The notes: generated from the letters alone by a model not told the origin. Positions 1-13,756 are shown, counted from the first letter of the stretch. The stretch: 64,000 nt of DNA from Octopus sinensis (GCF_006345805.1 NC_042998.1:19592001-19656000); one strand, 5' to 3'. Translations and numbers: made by a program.

Positions 1-281
1 CCCGTCTCCTCTCATAAGCTCGTCCTCCTAGCGTTCATAAAAATATTCGCTTTGCGAATCACTGTTTCAGCGAAGTTGCGTATTGTCCTTGCCCTCGTTA
101 CACGGAGTAGATGAAAAAGGGACAACTGATGAAGGGGAATATTCTTTATGTTGCATATATCGTTTCTCTCTTCGTTTTTTTTCATAATTCAAAAAAGTGC
201 GTTTTGTATGTTTTTGTTTTCGTTTCTCATTGTGTTCAACGTTTCTTGATGTAGGTATGTACATATGCGTATGTATATATA

Positions 282-340
<59 letters not shown>

Positions 341-924
341 ATGAATAGAGAGAAAGTGAGAAGGGAGAGAGAGTGACTGAGTGATAGTTGAAGAAGAAAT
401 GTCAGATATTTCAATAGTATGTGTGTCTATGTATTCTAGTTTTTATCCAAGCTTTTAGATGTGGCCATTGAATGAACATATAAGAGTCAATATTCTGTTA
501 TCAAAGATGTCTGCTTTTTTTCAGTATTTACGAACAGAATCATATAGAAAAATTATTAAAGTGAATCAATCCGTCATGAATCTTAATTCAATTGACAGAC
601 CGATGTCTTACTTATTATCATGTCTTACTTATTATGGAAAAATTGGTTATATGTATTAATGAAAATGCCACGTGTAAGCAGATGAAATGTGAAATCCAGA
701 ATGATTACTCTAACTACCCAGTATCTTATCTATCAATCAGCTTTGGTATCTACCTCTTAATCTAATAACTTGTCAAACTTCTCGATTTATCAATATGAAT
801 GTGTGTCTGTTAGTACGTATGTCTCCGTCCGTCTCCAGCGATATGTCTGTCACTGTAACTCCATCTCTGTCTGGGTGTGTATACATTCAAACTATATTTT
901 TCTGCTTCAGTCACAAAATTTTCT

Positions 925-954
925 TTTTATATACATATATATATATATACATAC

Positions 955-1032
<78 letters not shown>
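925..1032. repeat. (TA)n/(TACA)n microsatellite
   Basis: Direct reading. Confidence 0.95.
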
Positions 1033-1035
<3 letters not shown>

Positions 1036-1574
1036 TGTGTATGTATTATGTGTATATGTATGCACACGCGTACACCTCAATCAAAAAGTTCTCTTCTGAT
1101 AATGAAACGCACGTTGCCTTAAGATGTGCAATGATTGATGTGTAAGATAGGGCATATTGTAATAATAATTGTTTTCAGATTTTATAAAAGATTACCATAA
1201 TAGATAGTTCGTTGTTTATTGTATTCCAATTAAAATTACATTTAACCCAACCCAATTTTTAATCAATATATATATATATATTTTAATTATATACAAGCCA
1301 ATATTACTTATTTTCTCTTTATAGAAAATAATTTTGTATATTTTTTAAACCAAATTTTGTTATTTAATTTTATCCGCATTTTTTGGTTAGAAAAAATTTA
1401 AATAATCGATAACTTTGTTTTCGCCTAGGTGTAGGTTTCTAGTTTGATCATAAAACTCCTATCAAACGATATATTTTGAAGATATTTGGGTCTCGACATT
1501 ATTTTTGATTTTTCCCTACTGAATATGAATTACATCAGTAGAAAAAATTAGCATTCGATAATATTCAAAAATTA

Positions 1575-1882
1575 CATTATCGTCATCATCATTATCGTTA
1601 TTAACATCAGCATCATTATCGTTATTAATATTATTAGTGTTATTATTGTTATTGTTGTTATTATAGTTATTATTATTATAGTTGTTGTTGTTGTTGTTAT
1701 TATTATTATTGTTATTATTATTATTGTTATTGTTGTTATTATTATTATTATTATTGTTATTGTTGTTATTATTATTATCATCATCATTGTTATTGTTGTT
1801 ATTATTATTATTATTATTGTTGTTATTATTATTATCATCATCATTGTTATTGTTGTTGTTATTATCATTATTGTTATTATCA

Positions 1883-1912
<30 letters not shown>
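1575..1912. repeat. Compound (ATT/GTT/ATC)n microsatellite
   Basis: Direct reading. Confidence 0.95.
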
Positions 1913-1914
<2 letters not shown>

Positions 1915-2030
1915 TTCTGTAATGCCCCACTCTTATTGCAGCTCCTACTTGTTCCACGTACTTCTCAAGATTTTTACTCACTGTTCTCAGAGCTCCGACA
2001 ATTATTGGTACTACTACCACCATCCAGTTG
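1913..2030 (-). mobile_element. R4/Dong-like fragment (same family as 17126-17325)
   Basis: VVVPIIVGALRTVSKNLEKYVEQVGAAIRV, abutting (AAT)n. Confidence 0.75.
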
Positions 2031-2279
2031 CCCCCCACCTTTTTTATTTTCTAATTTCCTTCCCTTTCCTCACTGAAATTAGTAGTTCTGCCTCTTTTTG
2101 AACAGACTACCGTTTGTTTCAGTTCTTGCAACCATTCAGCATCCTTCTTTGCTCCAGATGTCACCCCCAAAAAACGTTGTTATCATTATTATTATTACTA
2201 TTATTATTAATATTATTATTATAATTATTATTATTATTATTGAGTGAGAGAGAGAGAGCAGTGCAATCATCATCATCAT

Positions 2280-2423
2280 AACATCGAAAAATACCTTAGG
2301 TTCGATTTTTCCCCAAGACACTTGATGAAAGCGGGAGGGTATATCAGCCGGAACGTTGTGTTAACAAACAAGACGAGGACAAGTAAATAATGTACATAAT
2401 TCCACATCTCTTAAATATAGAAG
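2280..2423 (+). mobile_element. Degenerate H1 element copy (HHR remnant 2317-2362)
   Basis: gacac-ttgatga-aagcgggagggtatatcagcc-ggaacgttgtgtt, followed by tail aataatgtacataattcc..aaatatagaa matching 13795-13942. Confidence 0.75.
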
Positions 2424-3890
2424 TGTATTATGTGTTGAGTTCAAACTCCACCGGATTTGATTTTCTATTCATCTTTAAGGGGTCGACGAAAGAATTAGCA
2501 TTCGAGCACTAGGGGTGGTGTAGTCGACTAATCCACCCCACCCCCTAAATGTTCAGGCATTTTGCATATCGTAGGAAGTACTATGCTTGGTTTTGTTTTT
2601 GTATTGTTGTTCTGTTCGGTTATTGTGGGAGTTGTATAGTGCCGAAGCTGAACATGTCTGAGAAGTTCCGTGTGTTTGCGACTTGTTTGCCTTTCTATAA
2701 TCTGTTTTTGATTACTTTACTTTTCTGCTTTGTGTCTTGAAACAATTCGTTCTTTTATTCTACGGGGCAAAATGTTAAAACAAAGTAAATTTTTCGAAAA
2801 AATAAAAAATTTCAAAATCGCGTGGTCTTTGTCATTAACTCAGGAAGGTTATGGATTATCAAGGTGAAAACATTTTTTTCGCATTCACCTCCTTCTACAA
2901 AAGATTAGAGATCTAGCAGTAATTAAAAACAGTAGGGACAACAACAACATTATCAATTTGAACAATAACCTCGATAGTAAGAACAACAAAAACATTGACA
3001 TGTCAATCAAAGTTGCTCGCAAAAAACCACCGGGAGCAGATTATCGTGCATTGAAAACACTCATAGCATCAATCTGTTAAAAGTACAACCGAAATAATCT
3101 CTAGCACCTGATCCAACTCCAGCACCACCAAATCAATAAAAAGTAATTACGGTAGAAACAACGAAAATAATAATAACAACAACTGTTGTGAAAGCACTGT
3201 AAAATTATTTCTTTATCAAGATAAGTTAGTCTTCAGTTCTCATCGTACTAGAGATAAATCACATGAATATTAGAGGAGGTGGAGAACCATATGAATGTAC
3301 TCTAACAGAGAAAAGGGATACTCAAGGTAATGTCACTAAACAGAAAGGAAAACAAATCTTTATCGATACGTATAGCGGAAGGTACAAATTAGTGTTTTCG
3401 CCTTCGGATGAAGCTGAGCTCTGTGCACGAAACATACCGCAATACAGTACATTTGTGTGATATGCCTATAAGCCCCAATATATTCAAGTTATGTTCCAAT
3501 GGAAAACTACAACCTAGGAGTACAGAACCATCCCCGAAAACAAGAATTTGAGATTTAACATAAAATCGATTTCCCATGGAAAGGGATCTCATTAAATTTT
3601 CCAACCTTAGGACCAGAATTAATCTCCGGATTGTTTTAGATCCTAGTACACTTCTAAAAATTAAAGAAATTTAGGAAACATAATTGTTTTGGGATGTTGT
3701 TGGATCCTATGATTCAGATGAAAACTGAAACGCAAGAAAAAAAAACTTAAGCATATCCCAGGATGGCTGCAACTGTGAGAGATATTGGAATGTAGAATGC
3801 ATTAATGCTATAACTGAGGGAACACTAACCACCTAAATACCTCTGGGTCCAACACAAGAAAATAATATCTGAAAGATACCATGCAATATT

Positions 3891-4126
3891 TATTTATTTA
3901 TTGCCCGCAGGGGGTTAAACATAGAAGGAACAAACAAGGACAGACAAAGGTATTAAGTCGATTAAATCGACCCCAGTGCGTAACTAGTACATAATTTATC
4001 GGCCCCGAAAGGATGAAAGGTAAAGTCGACCTCGGCGGAATTTGAACTCAGAACTTAACGGCAGACGAAATACCGCTAAGCATTTCGCACGGCGTGCTAA
4101 CGATTTTGCCAGTTCGGCGCCCTGCT
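3891..4126 (-). mobile_element. tRNA-derived SINE family A
   Basis: Matches 19420-19648. 10-bp TSD atgcaatatt at 3881-3890 and 4127-4136. Confidence 0.9.
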
Positions 4127-5170
4127 ATGCAATATTGTGAACCTACAACTTTTAGAACTACAATAGCAGCCATGGAACAAACAACCGTAGCAACTACAGC
4201 AACAGTGATTTCAGTACTAGTTGAGAGACAGAAGGCAGGATCGTCAGCAAGAGCGATAACAACAAAGGTGGAACCAATAGCAGCAAAAACATATTAAGGT
4301 ACACCTCCCTCAAGTGCCATCATATCAGCAGCAAAAACTGTTGCTGAAATCTCCCAAACGACAAACAGATGGCAATAACACAATGAGCTTCGAGACTTAT
4401 TCTGCTCGACTCGGGTCGCCCAGAAATACGACGAAGGTACCGAAGAGGAGACTAATGACAACACCTTAGTAATACAAAGAAACGAAAAAACACACCAATA
4501 CAAGTAACTGGAAGATATAAACAAATGGCTAGGTGGTTGAACAACGACAGTCCAACACCTACATCACGAGAAGCAGCAATACTTAAGTACGATCCACGCA
4601 AGCATGCCATTCCCACTATCACCACTAAAACTGCAATTGCGACTTAATTTATACACACAAAAGCAGTCAGAAATTACAGTCCAACACAAACAAAAATGCG
4701 TCAACTTAACGGCTATAAACAAGCAATAAAGAACTAATGGATCACATTAAGGCCATGCAGCATACAAAATAACTGCATTATCTTAACAAAATGTTTTCCA
4801 GAAAACATAAAAATCACCCAGGTATTGCAACACATAAAACGACTTTAAAAAATAATGTCCCAAAGGAGTAAGAGACTTCGAGAGAAATATCAACAACAAA
4901 AATACTATTGTAAGAACTATTTGTAGGGGTGGGTAAAAAAGCAATCGAAAGAAACTGAAAACATTTCTATTCACAGGGTTAGCGTAAATGGTTCTTTGTT
5001 ATGTTTCACTTACCACAGAATTTCTTGTATTGAATGAGCTATATATAAGCATATGTTATATATATACGCTGACATCGAAAAGTGCATCTAAGTTCCTGTC
5101 ACTCACTATTTCTATCGAGAAAACTTCCTGATATCTAAAGTTATTTTGTTGCACTTAAGTTTATATAATA

Positions 5171-5555
5171 CTAGCAGTATCGCCCGGCGTTGCTCAGGTT
5201 TGTAAGGGAAATAACTATAAAGCATTTTTAGAGAGTTATAGCCAAAGAATAGCAAAAAAATGGAAAAAAATGATGGTAAATTTTTTTTTGATAGTTAAAA
5301 AAGGTGGAGTTGCGTCCCCTACACAGTTTGTGGTTTGTGTTCCTGATTCTCGACCCCATGTCGAATTTATCGATTTTTTTCAGAACTGGGGGAACTTTTC
5401 AAAATTTTCACTGCGTTAGTTTTGAATTATGACATTGTGCTATGTGTGTGTCAAGTTTCATCAGAATCGGTTGAAAGCCGTGGTCAGGGTGAGGGTACAA
5501 GCAAACAGACACACAGAAACACGCACAGACAAACTGCCGTTTATATAGAGAGAGA
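5171..5555 (-). mobile_element. Non-autonomous Helitron
   Basis: Minus strand 5'-TC...subterminal hairpin...CTAG-3' inserted between A and T. Shares ends with 27827-28291. Confidence 0.85.
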
Positions 5556-6916
5556 TTTCACTAATATGACGAGTGTTTATTAAGAATTCTCATGTAATCC
5601 TGCAAATGTTAAGGATTTCCTTAAATTAAAATGGACCATTCATGAATGACTTAGGAGCGACTCTGTGTTTGAACGAGATGAGTTTGAACACTCTCTCCTA
5701 ACGGACTTTCAAATGTTGGAAGATGGACATGAAAAATAATTTGCCATAGGCAGTTCTTTTCTGAAGTTTAACGTTGAAAATTAAGGTACTACACTCTTGA
5801 GAGACATTTTTGCTTACAAATATTTGCTGAGTATGTAATCAAACTGATAGCTTTTGAAGAAAAACGTAAATAAATCTGCAGAATAAAGACATGTTAACAA
5901 TAGAATTTCACATATTGACTCAGTCAGAAACATGGAAATAATTGGTATCAGTATCTAAAAGATACATCTCTTTTCAAATGCTTACTTCCAAGTTTTCGAA
6001 GCTGGTTTAATCTCAAATACTTACGCATCTTGCTTTGAACTGTGTGCAGAGATGAATATAGTGGTTGCTTTCTTCTTTAGACCATGAAAAGAAAAAGAAA
6101 ATAGAAATTATGGAATATCAGAATACAAACAATTCTCTTATTCTGCACACTGTAAGGACTTGATAATGTATGTGCAACTTTCATGTAAAAGAAAAGTGCA
6201 TAGCGAAGCCAGTTCTTGTATATATGTATTGTCATCATACGTAGTATTTTCCATTATTTATACAATGGGAAATATAAATACAATAGATTTCTGTCGATAT
6301 TGCAATTCAGAATTGCTACAACAACAATAACAACGACGACGACGACAATAACAACAACAACAATAAAACAGAGTTGCAAATTTAATAGAATCTGAATATA
6401 GAATTACCATCAATCAATCTACAGTTTTGGCGACAAGGTTTCAAATATATAAACACCATTAGCATCGCAATATTCAAACGGTTATATAAATAACTGCGGC
6501 ATACGCTTTAGTTTTAAATGGAAGAAAAAACGTAGAATATTACTAAAACCCGTTTTATCAGTACGGTACGAGTCGTGAATTATTATATTTCTCAAAACCA
6601 CTTGTATGCATGATAGATGAAATATATTCTTATAACAGTAAATATAGGCATAAGGATTACTAGAAGTCGAGGAAGGTATTTGCATAATGATGCAATACAA
6701 TTGCAATGTGTACGTTAAATGCCTTTAATTAAAGGAAAATACGCCTATAAGGCAGAATAGTATGCGAGAAGTAATTACGCTTAGATTTTAGCTTACTTTA
6801 TTGAGTGAGCGATTATTTATGTTTGTTCGACTGCGTGCGCGAGCATCTATAGCGTCGTGTGATTAGGGACGTGTGTATGTGTGCACATGTGTGTGAGTAT
6901 TTGTCATTGAACGTAA

Positions 6917-6963
<47 letters not shown>

Positions 6964-6969
6964 TAGATT

Positions 6970-7140
6970 GCTAGCCACTGCACGTTCTTTATTTTCTCTC
7001 TTTGTTTCTTTCTGTGTTTCTTTCTGTGGAAGAGCGTAGGCTCGAAACGTTAAAGACTTTTTTACTTCCCGTGCGTTACACTAATATATCTGTTTGTTGT
7101 CTAAACCACCTGTCTTCGTCTTTTTTTTGTGAATTCTCCC

Positions 7141-7142
<2 letters not shown>
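6970..7142 (+). mobile_element. Penelope-like element 3' end/pLTR fragment carrying HHR H2, between (TA)n tracts
   Basis: Homologous to 53045-53231, which follows a GIY-YIG-like fragment. A shorter 3' piece lies at 25380-25456. Confidence 0.7.
7019..7056 (+). ncRNA. Minimal type-I hammerhead ribozyme, A6U core variant (family H2)
   Basis: UCUUU-CUGUGGA-A-GAGC(GUAG)GCUC-GAAA-CG-UU-AAAGA. Helix I UCUUU/AAAGA, helix II GAGC/GCUC, palindromic helix III ACGU. Confidence 0.75.
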
Positions 7143-7172
<30 letters not shown>

Positions 7173-7508
7173 ATGAGTTAGTGGTTCAGAAACCATCTAA
7201 AGGGTATTAAATATCCAATATACTACTAGATGTGTACCTACGTATTTTTAACCAAGTGCTTACTATTGCAGGGCAATATTGCAATTGAATACTAGGTATG
7301 GGTGGGAGTAAATTGGAAATTTACCTACGATTTATAAGGCAAATAACAAAATGGAGAAGATATAAAATCGACAAACATCAGCCAGTAAACATTCCTTTAT
7401 ACCTATTTATTAAATGATATCAAAAATGTGTCTAAGTAATACACGTAAACGAATGGGGTCAGCAAATGAATACGTCAACAGATATATGTATAGACACACA
7501 CATATATA

Positions 7509-7553
<45 letters not shown>

Positions 7554-7682
7554 ATATATGGCAAATTAGAAAATGGTGAGATTATAAAATCGACAAACAT
7601 CAGGCAGTAAACAATCCATTATATCTATTTATTAATTATCATATATATATAAATTTATTAATTTATATATATATATATATAT

Positions 7683-8318
7683 ATACAAAATTTAAAGGAC
7701 TGACCACTAAATGTGGACGGTCAACTTGCTAGATATAGACGTCAAAATCGCTATTTTCTACGAAGAATGTTTTCTCAAATAAAAACTCAGCACAAACCAA
7801 AGTGTAAAAAATAAGCAAGACAAATGAAAATATACGAAATAATAACGAATACCTATGTACCGATCAGTTTCGATTGTTAATATCCACGCATATGGATACA
7901 TGGAAATCTGAAATCTCGTCAGCATAGTCTGTCGTATAGAAATACAATTTGCAGGACTAGATAAAAAACGTTTGACCGGAGTCCCGCATGCATAGGGTCC
8001 AACAAATTATGTTTATGAGTATCCTTCAAATGCCTTCACTTTGGCGTGCCTGAGATCGGAAATCTACCCTGCAGTTTATTAACTGCAGCAGTCAATTTAC
8101 CGGTTAGAGAACATTTTTTTATTATTTAAAATTGAATAAGGGTAGAAATTGATATTAATCAATTAAAACCAGTGACCTAGCATGTTAAAAAAATCCGAAG
8201 ATTAAAATATTTTTACATACAAAATTTAAAGGACTGACCACTAAAAGTGGACAGTCAACATGCTAGATATAGACGTCAAAATTGCTATTTTCCACGAAGA
8301 ATGTGACCGTCCACTTTT
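7683..8318 (-). mobile_element. Non-autonomous HHR element (retrozyme/PLE-like): 534-bp unit plus about 85-bp repeat and short terminal inversion
   Basis: 7683-7768 is repeated at about 8217-8302. 8305-8318 is an inverted copy of aaaagtggacggtc. The element adjoins (TA)n. Confidence 0.7.
7853..7927 (-). ncRNA. Type-I hammerhead ribozyme (family H3)
   Basis: Minus strand CUAUG-CUGACGA-GAUU...AAUC-GAAA-CUGAUCGG-UA-CAUAG. Canonical core, helix I CUAUG/CAUAG, near-palindromic helix III ACUGAUCGGU. Confidence 0.8.
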
Positions 8319-9749
8319 GTGCGTCTATAGTATCTGCTTATATTTGATTAAAGCAGCGACTAAACCGACTATTTCTGGACATGTCCAAAGTGTGGTGTAT
8401 GTGGGCAGTCGTCATGATTTTTTAAAGGAAACCTGTTAAAAGCAGATAAATGTCTCCAAGGCACACTGGGGAGATGTGAAGAATCATTATTAGGCGAGTA
8501 AGCAAATAAAGTGAATTTCCATCAATATTAATTTCTATATTGGAGCGGTTTATGCTTTTAAAACGAGAGTACGTGATGAGAGGAGTAAAAAATGATTGAT
8601 GAATGAAAGTGAAGTGCCTCGACGACAGAATAGCTGCGGGAATTCCACGAGTTTAATAGATACATTTCATGCATTTAGTATTATCGAAGAAATGGCCTGG
8701 CGTATTCATCTTAAATCATTGTTAGGGCAAACTGAATAGAATTGCTTCACTTGGAAACGAAATGCTGTTTAACATGAAACCTTATCAAATACTCTTCCCT
8801 GTCAAGAAATTAAATTCGTGGAATCGTAATTAAATTCGTGGAATTGTAGAAGTATAACACTTGGTTTTCCAACATTATCAAAACGGATAAATCAACATAT
8901 TTGCTTGTAGGTAATATTTCTTAAGTGACAAAAGCAAGTAATTCTTACGGCAAATTGAAATTGAGATCAATCTCCCTCACAGTAGGGTGACATCATGAAA
9001 TGAGAAATTGAAATGGCGAAACGAAACGGAGAATTTATTGCCAGACCAGTATTTAATAGTGTTGCCTTCTACGATTACATGTTGTAGCTATTTTTTTTTT
9101 TTGCTTTTAAGATCAATATTCCTCTTCATTATGCTACCTAAGAAACTAATCATATGGGCCTAACATTGATAGTTAAAAAATGAAAGCATTCAGAGAGCTG
9201 TGGTGCACTTGACAAAAGTAATGCTTGCGAAATCTACGAGGAAAATAATTAGAAAATGAACTTCATACAGACGCGGGGGAAAGTTGATTCAACATGTCGT
9301 AAAGCGAAATGAAGTCACATAGCTGTGTAATGGATATCTAATCTTAAATACATGTCTATGTAATTACGTGAAAAAAACATCAGTGATATCTAAATTAAAT
9401 TGCAGTATGTATGATAACACGTTATTTATTCGTAAAGCTATTTGCCAGATTTGCCTCCAGGTATGGAAATTATGCCAATGTTACTTTATTGAAACACATA
9501 ATTGAATCATATATATATATAATATATATATATATATAATTATTATTATTATTATTATTATTAATATTATTATATGTCTGTGTGTGTGTGCGTGTGTATT
9601 TGTATTATCATGGGTTTGAGAATGTAAATTCGTATGCATATTGTCGAGTTCAATTGGTTTCTGGTCACCTCAGCTTTTGCTGCACCTCATGTGTGATAGC
9701 GATTAGCGCTGAAAAATGTGTTGAATACTGTACAATATTTTACGCACTT

Positions 9750-10330
9750 AAGGTAGCGAACTAGCAGAAACGTTAGCACGCAGGGCGAAATGCTTTGCGG
9801 TATGTCGTCTGCCGCTACGTTCTGAGTTCAAATTCCGCGGAGGTCGACTTTGTCTTTCATCCTATCGGGGTCGATTAAATAAGAACCAGTTACGCACTGG
9901 GATCGATATAATCGACTTAATCCGTTTGTCCGTCCTTATTTGTCACCTCTATGTGCAGCCCCCTGTGGGCAGTAAAGAAATACGAAACGTTAGCACGCTA
10001 GGGGGACATGCTTAGCGGTATTTCGTCTGTTTTTACGTTCAGATACCGTGGGCTGGGGTTGATGTATTAAACTGACCCCTCCCCACAAATTTCAGGTCGT
10101 ATGCCTAGAGTTGAAAAGAATATTTTACGCACTTAATGCGGCGTGCTGGCAAAAATGTTAGCACGCCGTGTGAAATGCTTAGCAGTCTTTATGTTCTGAA
10201 TACATATTCCGCAGTCTTTATGTTCTGAATTCATATTCCGCCGAGGTCGACTTTGCTTTTTATCCTTTCCTGGTCGATGAATTATGTACCGGAGTCTTGG
10301 ATTTAAGTAGTGATCAAACTCGATCACTAG
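9750..10330 (+). mobile_element. Cluster of SINE family A copies (one full, partial and rearranged neighbours)
   Basis: Repeated gcagaaacgttagcacg..gagttcaaattccgc..gaggtcgacttt motifs. aatattttacgcacttaa is duplicated at about 9734 and 10119. Confidence 0.85.
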
Positions 10331-10691
10331 ATGTTTTCCACTACATATTAGTGTGATATTTTCGGGCCCTGTAATCGAAGTTATTTAGTGCTCCATAAAC
10401 TCCAGTGTATAATTTTCAAATAATGTTTAGTATTTACTGGCCATTTAAGCAAACGGTTCGTGGAAGATTATGGGGTTAGATAGGTGCTGATGAAGAGGAA
10501 AAAACTACATAGTAATTGTGTATATTCTAATTACCCCTTTTTTCATCTGTGTTTCGTCATCGATCTCATTGTTCGTTTTCATCCGACATTTCGGATATGA
10601 TACGTCTTAACAAAATCATAATGTCTAGTTATGATTTCTATAGAGATAACTTTAACATTAGTAAACCATGCACACATACTTTATAATGATG

Positions 10692-11006
10692 TTGTTTTGT
10701 TTTTGTTTGTTCATTCTCGAGCCATGCCTGGCTCATAAGGGCCGGTTTCCCGATTTCCTTGGGGTATAGGTTCCACATCTGGACGGGACGCCGCTCCGTC
10801 GCAGGCGAGCTGCAAGATGCAGGACGAAAGAGTGAGAGAAGTTTGTGGCGAAAGAGTCAACAGAATTTCGCCATTACATTCTGCTGAAGCCGCGTGGAGC
10901 ATAGGTGTTTTGCTCAGAAACACACACATCGCCTGGTCTGAGAATCGAACCCGTGATCCCTCGACAGCGGGCCCGCTGCTCTAACCACTAGGCCATGTGC
11001 CTCCAC
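10692..11006 (-). mobile_element. SINE family D (family C head plus V-domain-like tail)
   Basis: Head homologous to 32300-32480, tail ctgcgacggagcggcgtcccgtccag. TSD-like tttataatgat on both flanks. Confidence 0.88.
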
Positions 11007-11659
11007 AGTTTATAATGATAATTTTATCATTTCAGAAGTTATTACTAATGCTTTATTGTATACGCACAAGTCGACAATATTTGGAAAGGCAACAGACTCC
11101 GATGCAAATGAACTGGGAATGTATTTCCTCACACTCGGAAGAATAATAGGGGTCACCGGAGACTGAATGTTAAGAACGCATACAACCTGTTTAAAATCAA
11201 TAAAATATTTTCCCGAAGCTCTAAAGACTCTAGCAATCAACCGTCCAAGAAGTAATAGATAAGATCAAGTAGCTGTGTGTAAATGCGGAGTAATCACAAT
11301 CAATACATTACCTGACAAATGGAAGCAACCTTGAACCTCGATTATCAACACAAGAGCGTTGGATCCCAGATGATAAAATAATGGAACTAAGAACTTTAAA
11401 CCATTTCGTCGCACGTTTTACTCTTTCTTGTCATTTTGTGGGTTGAATTGATTGTGGTATTGACACGTTATTGTTGAATAAGATTAAAAGTAATTGTCAG
11501 GAGTATTAAGAAAGGTCAAATCAAAATTTCAAACCAAAAAGAGAAAAGAGGGAATATTTTCTTGTATAGGCTCAAGGCATGAAAATTTATGGGCGGAGTT
11601 GGGGTGGGGGAGGGGTAGTTGCTTTCGGGGTAGTTGCTTTCATCTGGGTTCAGTGTTCC

Positions 11660-11690
<31 letters not shown>

Positions 11691-12541
11691 AATAAAAATA
11701 TAAATTTTAATATAAATAATAATAATGATAACAATGATAATAATAAAAATATAAATTTTAATATAAATAATAATAATAATAATAATGATAATAATAAAAA
11801 TATAGATTTTAATATAAATAATAATAATAATAATAATGATAATAATAAAAATATAAATTTTAATATAAATAATAATAATGATAATAATGATAATAATAAA
11901 AATATAGATTTTAATATAAATAATAATAATAATAATAATGATAATAATAAATATATAAATTTTAATATAAATGATAATAATAATAATAATAATAAAAATA
12001 TAGATTTTAATATAAATAATAATAATAATAATAATGATAATAATAAATATATAAATTTTAATATAAATGATAATAATAATAATAATGATAATAATAAAAA
12101 TATAGATTTTAATATAAATGATAATAATAATAATAATGATAATAATAAATATATAAATTTTAATATAAATAATAATAATAATAATAATGATAATAATAAA
12201 AATATAGATTTTAATATAAATAATAATAATAATAATAATGATAATAATAAATATATAAATTTTAATATAAATGATAATAATAATAATGATAATAATAAAA
12301 ATATAGATTTTAATATAAATGATAATAATAATAACAATGATCATAATAAAAATATAAATTTTAATATAAATAATAATAATAATAATGATAATAATAAATA
12401 TATAAATTTTAATATAAATAATAATAATAATAATAATGATAATAATAAAAATATAAATTTTAATATAAATAATAATAATAATGATAATAATAAATATATA
12501 AATTTTAATATAAATAATAATAATAATAATAATAGTAATAA
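11660..12541. repeat. AT-rich minisatellite, about 20 units of 39-45 bp
   Basis: Unit (aat)n-gat-aataataaa(a/t)atata(a/g)attttaatataaat. Unit lengths vary in steps of 3 nt. Confidence 0.95.
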
Positions 12542-12969
12542 CACATGTTAATGCAACTACATTGTGGTGTTGCCTATGATGGATATGATGATGTGAAGAA
12601 GACGGGGAGGAGGAGGGGGAGAAGAGGGAGGAGAAGGAGGTGATGGCGATGATGATGATGATGATGATGATGACGGCGTGGATCATAAAGATAGTGGTAA
12701 TTATTAGCCGGCGGCCAAGATGGCGATTGCGTTGATGATGAAGCCGGTCGTGTTGTAAGCAATTAATATTAGGCCGCACGTCGTAATAAGTATTAAAGAT
12801 TATCAATATTCTGTTAGATTTGTAATTTTCGAATGTCGCTTAGCGAGGGAAGGAGTGAGGGAAGCGCTTTCAATAATTGATGAATATATGAATTAATAAT
12901 TCGCTGTGATTTGCTGGAATTCATGAGTGGTTCGATAAGGAAATGCATGGTTCCCAAATAGTTGCATAA

Positions 12970-13277
12970 TGCACGGTTTACGTAACTGAATTAAGAAAAT
13001 ACGGTAAAATTACAGATTAACACCCGCACGATTTTCACTAAGAAAAAAAAATCGGATCTTTTGCGTGGAATCAAGTACCCTGACCTCCTAATATGCTGGA
13101 AATCCCATATTTTGGTTCGGAATTGTTCCGGAAGGGGAGTAACTCCCCCCCCCCCCGGAATTTTCACACCAAAAAGAACTTTGATTTTTTTTTTTTTTAG
13201 TGAAAATCGTGCGGGTGTTAATCTGTAATTTTACCGAAAATACTTTCGGTTCAGTAAAATACGAAAAACGTTGCACG
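12970..13277. mobile_element. Foldback/MITE-like element with about 100-bp imperfect inverted arms
   Basis: cggtaaaattacagattaacacccgcacgattttcactaa (13002-13041) is inverted at 13197-13236. Confidence 0.75.
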
Positions 13278-13470
13278 CCCGCGCGCCCGTGTGCAAGTCT
13301 TCTCATGTTTTACTAAAAGAAAATTACGTGTTATGAAACGAAAGAGAAAGCAAAGTCAGCAAGTTTAGAGTTTAGTCCCGTTAAAAACGACGGGGTCTGT
13401 GTTAACACAAATATATACATTTTGGTTACACGAAATTTAAGAAATTAAATAAATATAAGGACCTGGAAAG

Positions 13471-13756
13471 TAAACATTACTTACATTATTTTTATTTGAC
13501 GGATATTTGTCCTCATCTTGTTTGTTGTTAACACAACGTTTCGGCTGATATACCATCCAGCTTTCATCAGGTGTCTTGGGGAAAGTTTGGGCATATGGCG
13601 TTGTTGTTAAGTGCGCGGGATACTAACCCCAAGATTTCGAGTTCAATTCCAGGCAGTCACCTTAATAATAATAATAACAACAATGATGATAATAATAATA
13701 ACAACAATAATAATAATAACAACAATAATAATAATAACAACAACAACAACAACAAC

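Noticed and set aside
1-259. Possible exon ending at donor GTATGT (about 254)
   Set aside because: No ORF or acceptor in view, so it cannot be supported without transcripts.
11660-12541. CRISPR-like array
   Set aside because: No unique spacers, eukaryotic context, no cas genes.
11516-12806. Long Asn-, Ile- and Leu-rich ORFs (273-388 aa)
   Set aside because: They are translations of the (AAT)-based minisatellite, open in several frames on both strands, with no splice or codon evidence.
13589-13660. Functional tRNA gene (also the heads at 32400-32480 and 63770-63846)
   Set aside because: Acceptor stems are imperfect, there is no T-run terminator, and they continue into SINE bodies.
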